Shown here: one piece after another, positions 25,635 to 34,542 of the stretch | Position numbering within the stretch: the stretch's first letter is position 1 | Layout: every line of letters starts with the position of its first letter | NCBI GenBank assembly: GCA_947626535.1 | Contig: CANQSO010000001.1 | Coordinates: 1-63,321, forward strand | Length of the DNA stretch: 63,321 nt | DNA from: an uncultured Bacilli bacterium | Lineage (GTDB): Bacteria > Bacillota_I > Bacilli_A > RF39 > UBA660 | Direction: 5' to 3' | Notes under the pieces: generated by a model | Seen by the model: the letters and a program-made list of their open reading frames with translations, nothing else | Databases searched by the model: none | What the model was told of the DNA's origin: nothing | Translations under genes and position numbers: made by a program

Positions 25635-28320
25635 ATTGTATAAACTGTTAGTGTTTCCGTTAATGGCAATAAGTATGTTGTTAGGAACTAAAACTGTTCA
25701 AGCATCAACCGAAAAATTAACACTAACTTATTCAGATTGGTTTAGGTCATATACTGCAGGTGGTGTCTATTCAAGTTGGTACTTGGTAGATTATTCATTT
25801 AATGGTAGAACTGCTTATTGTATTGAGCCAGAGATTGAAAATGGAACTTATTATCAAACAACAAGCGATTTTTCGATAACTAATTATACCAATGAACAAA
25901 AAGAACGAGCTCTTTTAATTGCATACTATGGTTATGATTACCCAGGTCATCAAACAAGAGCATACCGTGCAGCTACTCAAGCTCTACTATGGGAAAACGC
26001 AGGTAGTTCACCTGTAATTTTTTCAACACAAAGATATGATAATGGAATGATTTATGACATTTCTTCTGAAAGAAATGAAATCGAAAGATTAGTTAGTGAG
26101 CATTATAAAAAGCCATCTTTCAATGGACAAAACTTTTCTGCAAATGTTGGTGAAACAATTACATTGACTGATGAAAACAATGTATTATCAAATTATGAAG
26201 TTTATTCATCAAGCAATGCTCAAGTGAGTATTAACGGAAATAAACTAACAGTTAAACCTACAACGGTAGGAAAAATAAATATAAAGTTTGTAAAAAAACA
26301 ATATACATCTCAACCTTACTTACTTTATCATAGTCCAAATGAACAAACAATGTTATCGGCAGGAGCAATCGATCCAGTATATTCTGACGTAAATGTTAGC
26401 TCTTTAGGAGGTAAAGTTGACATTGTAAAGCTTGATAAAGATTCAAATACTGCAGTACCACAAGGAGAAGCTACTTTAAAAGGTGCAGTCTATGGAATTT
26501 ACGATGCAGATACTGACGTATTAATTGAAAAAATTACGACTAACGAAAAAGGCATAGCGATGAGTAATAATTTATCAAAATTAGGAAAATTCTATTTAAA
26601 AGAAATTACTGCTAGTAAAGGTTATAAATTGGATAACACAAAATATTACTTTACAAGTACACTTGAGAATCCTAACGCGTCTTTAAAAGTAAAAGAAGAT
26701 GTTATCACGAGAGATTTTAGAATTATTAAAGTATACGCTAGCGATAAAACACAAATTATGACACCAGAAGTTAATGTTAAATTTGGTATTTATGATAGGA
26801 ATAACAAATTAATTAAAACTTTGACAACTGATGAAGAGGGGAAAATTACGTTCAATTTGCCTTATGGTCATTACACGCTAAAGCAATTAAATACTCCAAG
26901 CGGTTACGAGAAAATAAAGGATTACAATTTTGAAGTAAAAGATTTAGGTGCAACTATTAATAAAGTATTCTCTAACGCAGAAATTACTGCGCGTGTTAAA
27001 GTTGTTAAAGTGGATCAAGATGGAAAGATTATTACACGTGCAGGAATTAAGTTCAAGATTAAGGATTTATCTACTGGCAAATACATTTGTCAAACAGTTG
27101 CTTATCCAAATCATAAAACATACTGTGAATTTGAAACAGATAAAAATGGTATACTTATAACTCCATACCCTTTAAATTCAGGAGATTATCAACTAGAAGA
27201 AGTAGACCAAAGAATAGATGGTTATTTATGGAATAGCAATCCTTTGAAATTCTCAATAAACGAAAATTCAAATATTCAAAGTACGGAAGATTTTGATGCA
27301 ATATTAGAATTGAAATTTACTAATCAAGAAGTTAAAGGAAAAATTGAACTACACAAGAAAGGCGAACAAGTCGTTATTGAAGATGGTAAGTTTACTTATG
27401 TTGAAGTACCACTTCCAAATGTAACTTTTGGCTTATATGATGCTAACGGAAATTTAATTGGTGAATACAAAACTGATTCACAAGGAAACTTAGTAATTGA
27501 AGGATTAAAATTAGGAAAATATACTTTAAGAGAACTTAAAACATTAAATGGCTACGTACTTGACAAAAATGTATATACATTTGAATTGGCTTACAAAGAC
27601 CAGTACACGCCAGTCGTTGTAAAGACATTTAACTTAAAAAATAAACTTAAAAAATCTGATTTAGAATTTTCTAAAACTGATTTAACAACTGGTAAGGGAA
27701 TTCCAAACACAAAGGTGGAAATTTATACTGAAAATGATGAGCTAGTTTTTTCTGGTCGTACTGATAAAAATGGAAAAATTGTCATCAAAAATTTATTTGT
27801 TGGAAAATTCTATATAGTAGAAACTGAAGCTGCAACAGGTTATCGTTTAAGTGATGAAAAAGTATATTTTGAAATAACGGAAGATGGTAAAGTTGTAAAA
27901 GCTAATATGACTAATGAAAAAATAAAAGGAACTTTGGAATTTACAAAACAAGATTTATCAAATGATGAGGCTCTACCAAACACATTAATTGAGATTTACA
28001 ATGCAGAAACTGATGAGCTTGTTTTCTCTGGTCGTACTGATGAAGAGGGAAAAATTGTCATAAAGGATTTAGAATATGGAAAATATTACATATTAGAAAA
28101 AGAGGCACCAGAGGGATATACTTTGAATGATGAAAAAATGTATTTTGAAATTTTAGAAGATGGCAAAGTTGTAAAAGCTACTATGAAAGATGAAAAGATT
28201 GTTGAAGTGCCTGATACTTTTAAAAATGATTATTTAATGCTTGGAATGAGTAGCTTAATAATTGTAGGTGCAGGAATTGTAGCTTATGGAATCATTAAAA
28301 AGAAAAAAAGTCAAAAATAA
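25621..28320 (+). CDS. Surface adhesin with an N-terminal thioester (TQXA) domain, Cna-B/SpaA-type repeats and a C-terminal sorting signal
   Basis: Signal peptide present. Cys67 in YCIEPE and Gln120 in ATQALLW. Repeated GxYxLxExxAPxGY-type Ig-fold modules. The tail is VPDTF, a hydrophobic stretch and then KKKKSQK. Confidence 0.85.
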   Translation: MKKNKLYKLLVFPLMAISMLLGTKTVQASTEKLTLTYSDWFRSYTAGGVYSSWYLVDYSFNGRTAYCIEPEIENGTYYQTTSDFSITNYTNEQKERALLIAYYGYDYPGHQTRAYRAATQALLWENAGSSPVIFSTQRYDNGMIYDISSERNEIERLVSEHYKKPSFNGQNFSANVGETITLTDENNVLSNYEVYSSSNAQVSINGNKLTVKPTTVGKINIKFVKKQYTSQPYLLYHSPNEQTMLSAGAIDPVYSDVNVSSLGGKVDIVKLDKDSNTAVPQGEATLKGAVYGIYDADTDVLIEKITTNEKGIAMSNNLSKLGKFYLKEITASKGYKLDNTKYYFTSTLENPNASLKVKEDVITRDFRIIKVYASDKTQIMTPEVNVKFGIYDRNNKLIKTLTTDEEGKITFNLPYGHYTLKQLNTPSGYEKIKDYNFEVKDLGATINKVFSNAEITARVKVVKVDQDGKIITRAGIKFKIKDLSTGKYICQTVAYPNHKTYCEFETDKNGILITPYPLNSGDYQLEEVDQRIDGYLWNSNPLKFSINENSNIQSTEDFDAILELKFTNQEVKGKIELHKKGEQVVIEDGKFTYVEVPLPNVTFGLYDANGNLIGEYKTDSQGNLVIEGLKLGKYTLRELKTLNGYVLDKNVYTFELAYKDQYTPVVVKTFNLKNKLKKSDLEFSKTDLTTGKGIPNTKVEIYTENDELVFSGRTDKNGKIVIKNLFVGKFYIVETEAATGYRLSDEKVYFEITEDGKVVKANMTNEKIKGTLEFTKQDLSNDEALPNTLIEIYNAETDELVFSGRTDEEGKIVIKDLEYGKYYILEKEAPEGYTLNDEKMYFEILEDGKVVKATMKDEKIVEVPDTFKNDYLMLGMSSLIIVGAGIVAYGIIKKKKSQK

Positions 28321-28927
28321 AAAATGCTCAATTATATTTTTGGGCGTTTTTTTAATGATTTTAGGAATAACTGTATTGATATGTAATTACTATAACAATA
28401 AAAATAAAGACAAAATGAATGATAAGCAAATAGAAAGCTTTTTTCAATTAGAAGAACAAGAAGAAAGCTTATCTACAACTAATGAAGTTGATGAAGATAA
28501 AAGTGTTGCTCAAGAAGAAGTTAATTACATTGCTATTTTGGAAATTCCTAAAATAAATTTAAAGAGAGGATTATTTGAAAAAACAAGTCCTCAAAATAAT
28601 GTAAATAAAAACATTTATATTTTAAAAGAAACAACATTGCCAGATGAACAAGTTAATAGTCATATATTATTAGCAGGTCATTCTGGCAATAGTTATGTTT
28701 CATTTTTTAGAAATTTAAAACAATTAAATATGAATGATAAAATTTATTTTTATTATAAGAATATTAAATATCTCTATGAAGTATCAAACATATACGAAAT
28801 AGAAAAAACAGGAACAGCTATAATTAGAAATACTAATACTTCTGATATAACTCTTATTACTTGTATTGGTACTACTAATAGGCAAGTTGTTTATGTTGCA
28901 ACACTAATAAATAAAATAAACTACTAA
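28286..28927 (+). CDS. Sortase (transpeptidase)
   Basis: N-terminal TM segment, LLAGHSGN (His), ITLITC (the TLxTC Cys) and a downstream Arg. Confidence 0.85.
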   Translation: MESLKRKKVKNKKCSIIFLGVFLMILGITVLICNYYNNKNKDKMNDKQIESFFQLEEQEESLSTTNEVDEDKSVAQEEVNYIAILEIPKINLKRGLFEKTSPQNNVNKNIYILKETTLPDEQVNSHILLAGHSGNSYVSFFRNLKQLNMNDKIYFYYKNIKYLYEVSNIYEIEKTGTAIIRNTNTSDITLITCIGTTNRQVVYVATLINKINY

Positions 28928-28943
28928 TAGAAAGGACAACATT

Positions 28944-29324
28944 ATGGAAAAAGTTGCAGTATATGCAAGTTTTAAAAAACAAAGTAGAAAATCCATAGAT
29001 TTCTTTTTAAGGAAAATAGCCGATTGGTGTCTTGTAAATAATTATGATTACACCATTTATTTTGATAAAGTACAAGAACGTACAAACTTAAAAAATAGGA
29101 AAGAACTAGAAAATTTAAAAGAACATATAAGACAAAAACGGTATTCTAAAGTAGTAGTTAAAAATATTACTCAATTATCTACGAATACTGATGAAAATAT
29201 AGATTTTATAAATTTTCTTTTAAGTAATGATTGCAAGATAGAAAGTATGGATAATTTGGATCTAACTTTGTATAAAAAAATTATTGAAAGATTTAAAAAT
29301 GATAAGGAGGAAAGAGAAAGATGA
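28944..29324 (+). CDS. Resolvase-catalytic-domain-like protein, apparently inactive, with no DNA-binding domain
   Basis: The layout parallels a serine recombinase N-domain (KVAVYASFKK...YSKVVVKNITQLSTN). However, the YxRxS serine and the DRLxR residues are substituted. Confidence 0.4.
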   Translation: MEKVAVYASFKKQSRKSIDFFLRKIADWCLVNNYDYTIYFDKVQERTNLKNRKELENLKEHIRQKRYSKVVVKNITQLSTNTDENIDFINFLLSNDCKIESMDNLDLTLYKKIIERFKNDKEERER

Positions 29325-29749
29325 ATAATGAAATTGAAAAAGAAGAAAGAATAGTAAGAAACTCAAGAAATAAATTTGAATTGGAAGGAAATGTTGCTAA
29401 TATCAATGAAATTTATACTAATCAAAATGGAAAACAAATATTAAGATTTGATTTAGCACAAAACAATAATGGAAATACTCAATTTGTACCTATTGTATTA
29501 AGAGGTGAATTGGTTAATTCTTATGGTAATGAAATTCAAAAAGGTGATTGGATTTCCGTTAAAGGTAGAATATCTACTTATTTAAAAGATACCGAAAAAG
29601 ATGGTATGACATTTAAAGAAAAAGCTATTGATATTTTAGGCTTTGAAATTACTAATAGAATAAATAATAAAGTTTATACTTCTGATGGTCAAATTCAAGA
29701 ATTATCTAATAAAAAAGAAACTGAAAATGATTCTGAAATGGAAAGATAG
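29321..29749 (+). CDS. Single-stranded-DNA-binding (OB-fold) protein-like
   Basis: ELEGNVANINEIYTNQNGKQILRFDLAQNN...VPIVLRGELV...GDWISVKGRISTY matches the SSB OB-fold pattern. Confidence 0.55.
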   Translation: MNNEIEKEERIVRNSRNKFELEGNVANINEIYTNQNGKQILRFDLAQNNNGNTQFVPIVLRGELVNSYGNEIQKGDWISVKGRISTYLKDTEKDGMTFKEKAIDILGFEITNRINNKVYTSDGQIQELSNKKETENDSEMER

Positions 29750-29751
29750 TT

Positions 29752-30255
29752 ATGAAATATAATTATGAAATATTAAATTATTGGAAAGACTCTCGTGATT
29801 TGTATGTAAATTATACAGTAGAAAATGTTGATACTAAAGAAAAAGCTAATACCATAGCTTATTATAATGTTAATGATTTAAAAGTTAACTACGATGCAAC
29901 TACTGATGAAGAAATTAGAGAATATTTGCTAAAAGATTTACAAAGAAATAATGGATATGAATTTAAAAAACCTAAAGTTAGTATATTAAGTCCATTATTA
30001 CAATATGTTTATGATACTGTTTGTCAAAACGAATCAAATATGTGTCATATAGATTATGATGATTGGCAAGAACTAAAAGAAGATTATGATTTTACAGAAA
30101 AAGATATAGATACTTTAAAAAAAGAAATAGATAAATATAATCTTGATGAATTAGTAGTTGTTGATGATGGTGAATACAAAATATGTGGTTATGGTATTAT
30201 TCAAGAGTTTTTCAATGATGATAGAGTAAAGGAAAATGATGAACTTGAAAGATGA
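29752..30255 (+). CDS. Hypothetical protein
   Basis: 167-aa ORF, tightly packed in the operon. Confidence 0.55.
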   Translation: MKYNYEILNYWKDSRDLYVNYTVENVDTKEKANTIAYYNVNDLKVNYDATTDEEIREYLLKDLQRNNGYEFKKPKVSILSPLLQYVYDTVCQNESNMCHIDYDDWQELKEDYDFTEKDIDTLKKEIDKYNLDELVVVDDGEYKICGYGIIQEFFNDDRVKENDELER

Positions 30256-30913
30256 ATTAAAAAAAGGTCAAGCCTTTATAGGCCTTGATGATAACAAATA
30301 TTATTTTTTAGGACTTGATTATGATGACCAAGTCTTTTTTACAACATTAGATTTATGGAGTGAAAAAGAACAAAAATATATGTCTAAAAGTAACATTTTC
30401 ATAAAAGAAGTATTAAATGAGAAGTCAGATATAATAGAAAATTGTACTTGGTATTATCAATCTATGAAAGAATTAGATAACTCATCTATGGAAGAAAAAA
30501 TAAAAAGATGTATAGACATTATTAAAAATTCAAATACAAATGATTTTGAATTAAGACCAACCGAAGTTGGTCCATTAGTAAGAGGTCAAGCATATAGTAA
30601 AGAATTTAATCAATATTATGAAGTTATCGGCTTTATCGTTGATAATAATATTTACGTTGATGATAATTTGAAATCAAAACAAAAAGGATTTTTTGCAATA
30701 TATCATTCTAATTGTGAGAATACTGTACCACTGATATTTGAAAGAAATTTTAGTGAAAAAGATAATTCCTTTGATGGAAAACATTTTGTTGCAGGAAATA
30801 ATGATAGAGTCGATATAGAAGAAATTATTTGTAATAAAGATTTAGTTAATTCATATATGAATGACACATTAATAGAAAGATTAGAAACAAACAATAGAGA
30901 AATGTCAAAATAA
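30236..30913 (+). CDS. Hypothetical protein
   Basis: 225-aa ORF overlapping the previous stop. Confidence 0.55.
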   Translation: MMNLKDELKKGQAFIGLDDNKYYFLGLDYDDQVFFTTLDLWSEKEQKYMSKSNIFIKEVLNEKSDIIENCTWYYQSMKELDNSSMEEKIKRCIDIIKNSNTNDFELRPTEVGPLVRGQAYSKEFNQYYEVIGFIVDNNIYVDDNLKSKQKGFFAIYHSNCENTVPLIFERNFSEKDNSFDGKHFVAGNNDRVDIEEIICNKDLVNSYMNDTLIERLETNNREMSK

Positions 30914-30943
30914 AAAAATAGACTAATGTTCTTTGAAAATTTG

Positions 30944-31010
30944 GTTAATAGCTACACATTCTAGTAAGGTATAGTGTTTATACTCTTTCTTGGATTGTGT
31001 AGTTATTAAC
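30944..31010. repeat. 15-bp inverted repeat upstream of the T4SS membrane genes
   Basis: GTTAATAGCTACACA(30944-30958) / TGTGTAGTTATTAAC(30996-31010), one mismatch, 37-nt spacer. Confidence 0.4.
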
Positions 31011-31076
31011 TAAGCTATTAATAATTACATAGTTCTTTTTATTTTATAGACAAAATTAAAAGAGAGGGTGAAAACA

Positions 31077-31355
31077 ATGAGAAATTTTAATTTATTAGCA
31101 ATCCAACAATTAGAGGGTGGAACTTATACTGTTGATACAGTATTAAAAGTCATAAAACAAATAACTGATTGGGCATTAGCCGTAGGTATATCTCTAGCAG
31201 GTGTTGCTCTTGTAGTTAGTTTTATTATGTATGCAGTAGTAGATGTAGACCAAAAGCCAAGAGTAAAAACAAGAATATTACAAACATTGCTTGGAATCTT
31301 TGGAATAATTTTAGCTATTTCATTAGTTAATATTATAATTAGACTATTTACGTAG
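31077..31355 (+). CDS. Small two-TM protein, VirB2/TrbC-position conjugation component (putative)
   Basis: Two hydrophobic helices. Lies immediately before the VirB6-like gene. Start refined to MRNF (RBS AGAGAGGG). Confidence 0.4.
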   Translation: MRNFNLLAIQQLEGGTYTVDTVLKVIKQITDWALAVGISLAGVALVVSFIMYAVVDVDQKPRVKTRILQTLLGIFGIILAISLVNIIIRLFT

Positions 31356-31365
31356 GTGCTTGTAT

Positions 31366-32757
31366 ATGATGATAAAAGTTTTTGATTTATTAAGAAGTTT
31401 AGGTTGGTATATAGTTAGTTTTATTTATGATTTAATTGATGGACTTCTTGAAATTATCAGAAAATTAAATGCTTTTGATATAATCAATTCATTATCAAAT
31501 AATCAAGCATTTAAAAGTTTTTATACAGGAGTTATGGCAATAGCCGTAACACTGTTTGCATTATTTATAATATGGAAATTTGTAAATAAACTTTTAGATC
31601 CAGATGAAGAAATAACTTTTAAAACTATAATAATGGAAGTTATAAAATGTGGTGCATTAATAATGCTTTCTACATTTTTATTTGTCCAAGTATCCAATTT
31701 TTCAATAACACTATCTAATTATACAGGAAATATTTTTGAAAATAGCACTAATACAAAAATGAGTGATACAATGCTTACAATGTTTATTTCTTATAGTGAT
31801 AACTATAAAAATAGCGACAAGTTTAGTGAAAATAAAAGTATAGAAGAATTAGTAAAAAGTGATTCTTTTGATAATGATGAGAAATATATAGAAAAGTATG
31901 TTACAAAATCACGAGCAATATTATCTGATGAAAAAGATTACAAGTATGATATTAATTGGTTTATGGCCATAATAAGTGGAGGCTTTTTCTTATATAGCTT
32001 ATTTTTTGCAGGAATAATGTTAGGTAGAAGACAAATAGAATTTCTATTCTTATTTTCTATATCACCAATAGTTTTTGCAACAAGTGTAGGCAATAAGCAA
32101 AGGCGAGGAGCAGTAATAGAACAATTAGTATCACTAGCACTTCAAAGTGCAGTAGTAATGTTAATAGTTAGCTTAACTGTTATGGTAATGCAAGAAATAA
32201 ATGTAACAACATTTTTTACAAATACCTTTATGAATATAACTACTAAATCATTATTGTATTTAGGGTGTGCAACATTTATTTTAACTGGTAGTCAAGTTAT
32301 CAATCGTTTTATTGGTGCAAATGTCAGTGCGGCAAGTGGTAGAGAACAGTTAATGTCATTAATGGGATATGGCAAAATGGCAGGAATAGGAGCAACAGTT
32401 GCAACAGGAGTTGGAATTGGTGGAGGACTACTTGCAACAGGAGGAGCAATAAAAGGTGGGAAAGCTTTAGGCTCACAAGCCCTAACTCAAACAGGACTAG
32501 CTTTAGGAACAATGGGAATGGTTGATTCTACAAATGGACAAACACCAAATAGAATGCAACAATTTGCAACGGCTATGGGAAGTAAAATGTATATTGCAGG
32601 TCAAAAATTAGGTAAAAAAACTGATACCAATAAATTTAGTGCAAGTGATGCTTTTATAAATGCAGGAGCTAATAGTCTAAATAATACGGTAAGAAAAGTA
32701 ATGCCACGAGCAAGTTATAACACTTCTTATTATAGAAGAAGAAAAAATATGGTCTAG
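31366..32757 (+). CDS. Polytopic membrane protein, VirB6/TrbL/ConG-like (putative)
   Basis: More than 6 TM segments and a Gly-rich C-terminal region. Assigned by position in the T4SS operon. Confidence 0.5.
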   Translation: MMIKVFDLLRSLGWYIVSFIYDLIDGLLEIIRKLNAFDIINSLSNNQAFKSFYTGVMAIAVTLFALFIIWKFVNKLLDPDEEITFKTIIMEVIKCGALIMLSTFLFVQVSNFSITLSNYTGNIFENSTNTKMSDTMLTMFISYSDNYKNSDKFSENKSIEELVKSDSFDNDEKYIEKYVTKSRAILSDEKDYKYDINWFMAIISGGFFLYSLFFAGIMLGRRQIEFLFLFSISPIVFATSVGNKQRRGAVIEQLVSLALQSAVVMLIVSLTVMVMQEINVTTFFTNTFMNITTKSLLYLGCATFILTGSQVINRFIGANVSAASGREQLMSLMGYGKMAGIGATVATGVGIGGGLLATGGAIKGGKALGSQALTQTGLALGTMGMVDSTNGQTPNRMQQFATAMGSKMYIAGQKLGKKTDTNKFSASDAFINAGANSLNNTVRKVMPRASYNTSYYRRRKNMV

Positions 32758-32909
32758 TTTTAAAATTTATTATTACGTTATTAATAATATAATTTTAAGA
32801 GCTTTACAATTTCCATTCCCAAATAAGTCAACTTTGGACTTTTTTGGGAATAACTAATTGATAATTTTCTTAAAAAGGAGTAAAATAATACTTGAAAGGG
32901 AGAATCAAT

Positions 32910-34160
32910 ATGAGAATAAATCGTGATTATTACTTAAATAGGCTTATAGAAGCTCAAAATGATGGACTTATAAAAATTGTTACTGGAATAAGAAGATGTG
33001 GTAAATCTTATTTGCTTAATACATTATTTTATGAATATCTGATAAACAATAATGTGGCAGAAGACCATATTATATCGGCAGCATTAGATGATTCTGATAA
33101 TGAACACTTATTAATTCCCCAAAATTTAAGTAAATTTGTTAAAGAAAAAATAATTGATAAAGAAAAATATTATGTAATACTAGATGAAGTTCAAAAATGT
33201 AAAAACTTTGAAGGCGTTTTAAATGGACTTTTGAGAATACCAAATATTGATATTTATGTAACGGGTAGTAATTCAAAGTTCCTATCTAGTGATATAGTTA
33301 CGGAATTTAGAGGAAGAGGCGAAGAAATTAGGGTATATCCACTATCATATTATGAATTTATGTCAGTATATGAGGGTGATAAACTTGATGGTTGGGTTGA
33401 ATATATAACTTATGGTGGACTACCATTAGTTGCTTCAATGAATAGTGATGAAAGAAAAATGGCTTATTTAAAAGAACAACAAAAAAATGTTTATGTAAAT
33501 GACGTTGTTGAGAGAAATAATATAAAAAACGATAGTGAATTAGTTAGTTTGATTGAGATAATTTCCTCAAATATTGGCTCATTGACAAATCCAAAAAAAC
33601 TTTCTGACACTTTTCAATCAACTGCAGGAATAAGCATTGACCATAAAACAATTAGTTCCTATTTAAAATACTTAGAAGAAGCATTTATAATAGAAAAAGC
33701 CGAAAGATATGACGTAAAAGGAAAAAAGTATATAAGTACTCCTAACAAATACTATTTTACGGATTTAGGACTTCGCAATTCTTTTATCAATTTTAGACAA
33801 CACGAAGAAACACATATTATGGAAAATGTTATATATATAGAATTAAAAAGAAGAGGATACAATGTTGATGTTGGTCTTATAAAATTAAAAGAAAAGAAAG
33901 AAAATGAATTTACTTATAAGCAATTAGAAGTTGATTTTGTAGCGAATAAAGGAAATAATAAAATATATATTCAATCGGCATTTAGTATGCCAACTGAAGA
34001 AAAGATTAAACAAGAAGAACGACCACTTTTAAAAATTAGCGACTCTTTTAAAAAAGTTATAATTGTAAAAGACTATATAAAAAGAACTAGAACTGAAGAT
34101 GGAATAATCACAATGAGCATATTTGATTTTTTACTAGACCAAGACAGTTTAAATTATTAA
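32910..34160 (+). CDS. AAA+ ATPase of the COG1373 type (AAA_14 plus DUF4143-like C-terminus)
   Basis: Walker A GIRRCGKSYLL and Walker B YVILDEVQ. C-terminal EVDFVANKG resembles a PD-(D/E)xK-like motif. Has its own RBS and upstream intergenic region. Confidence 0.8.
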   Translation: MRINRDYYLNRLIEAQNDGLIKIVTGIRRCGKSYLLNTLFYEYLINNNVAEDHIISAALDDSDNEHLLIPQNLSKFVKEKIIDKEKYYVILDEVQKCKNFEGVLNGLLRIPNIDIYVTGSNSKFLSSDIVTEFRGRGEEIRVYPLSYYEFMSVYEGDKLDGWVEYITYGGLPLVASMNSDERKMAYLKEQQKNVYVNDVVERNNIKNDSELVSLIEIISSNIGSLTNPKKLSDTFQSTAGISIDHKTISSYLKYLEEAFIIEKAERYDVKGKKYISTPNKYYFTDLGLRNSFINFRQHEETHIMENVIYIELKRRGYNVDVGLIKLKEKKENEFTYKQLEVDFVANKGNNKIYIQSAFSMPTEEKIKQEERPLLKISDSFKKVIIVKDYIKRTRTEDGIITMSIFDFLLDQDSLNY

Positions 34161-34239
34161 TAAAAATTTGAATAGAGAAATCTATTCTTTTTATTTTGTA
34201 TTAAGCTCTACAACAACAAATTTAAAAGGAGGAAATTTT

Positions 34240-34542
34240 ATGTATATAACAGTAAAAACGATAAAAAGAAATCTAGGCTTTAAAGGTATAGAAGTATCTG
34301 ATATTATTATAGCCTTGCCAATGATAATTTTATTTATAGTCTTATTTTGCTTTACACCATTAAAAATACCTGCAATAGTAGGTTTAATGATAGGTATATT
34401 TTGTCTACTTCCTATCAATGTAAGTAAGAAAAATAGAATGTATAAAGTAATAGGGCTTATATTTAAGTTTTTATTTAATGAAAAAATATTTGTATATCAA
34501 AAAGAAAGAAAGGTGAATAAATTAGATGAAACAACAGGTTAG
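34240..34542 (+). CDS. Small membrane protein, VirB3/PrgI/ConD-position (putative)
   Basis: Two TM helices. Overlaps the start of the VirB4-like gene. Start refined to MYITVK (RBS AAGGAGG). Confidence 0.5.
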   Translation: MYITVKTIKRNLGFKGIEVSDIIIALPMIILFIVLFCFTPLKIPAIVGLMIGIFCLLPINVSKKNRMYKVIGLIFKFLFNEKIFVYQKERKVNKLDETTG

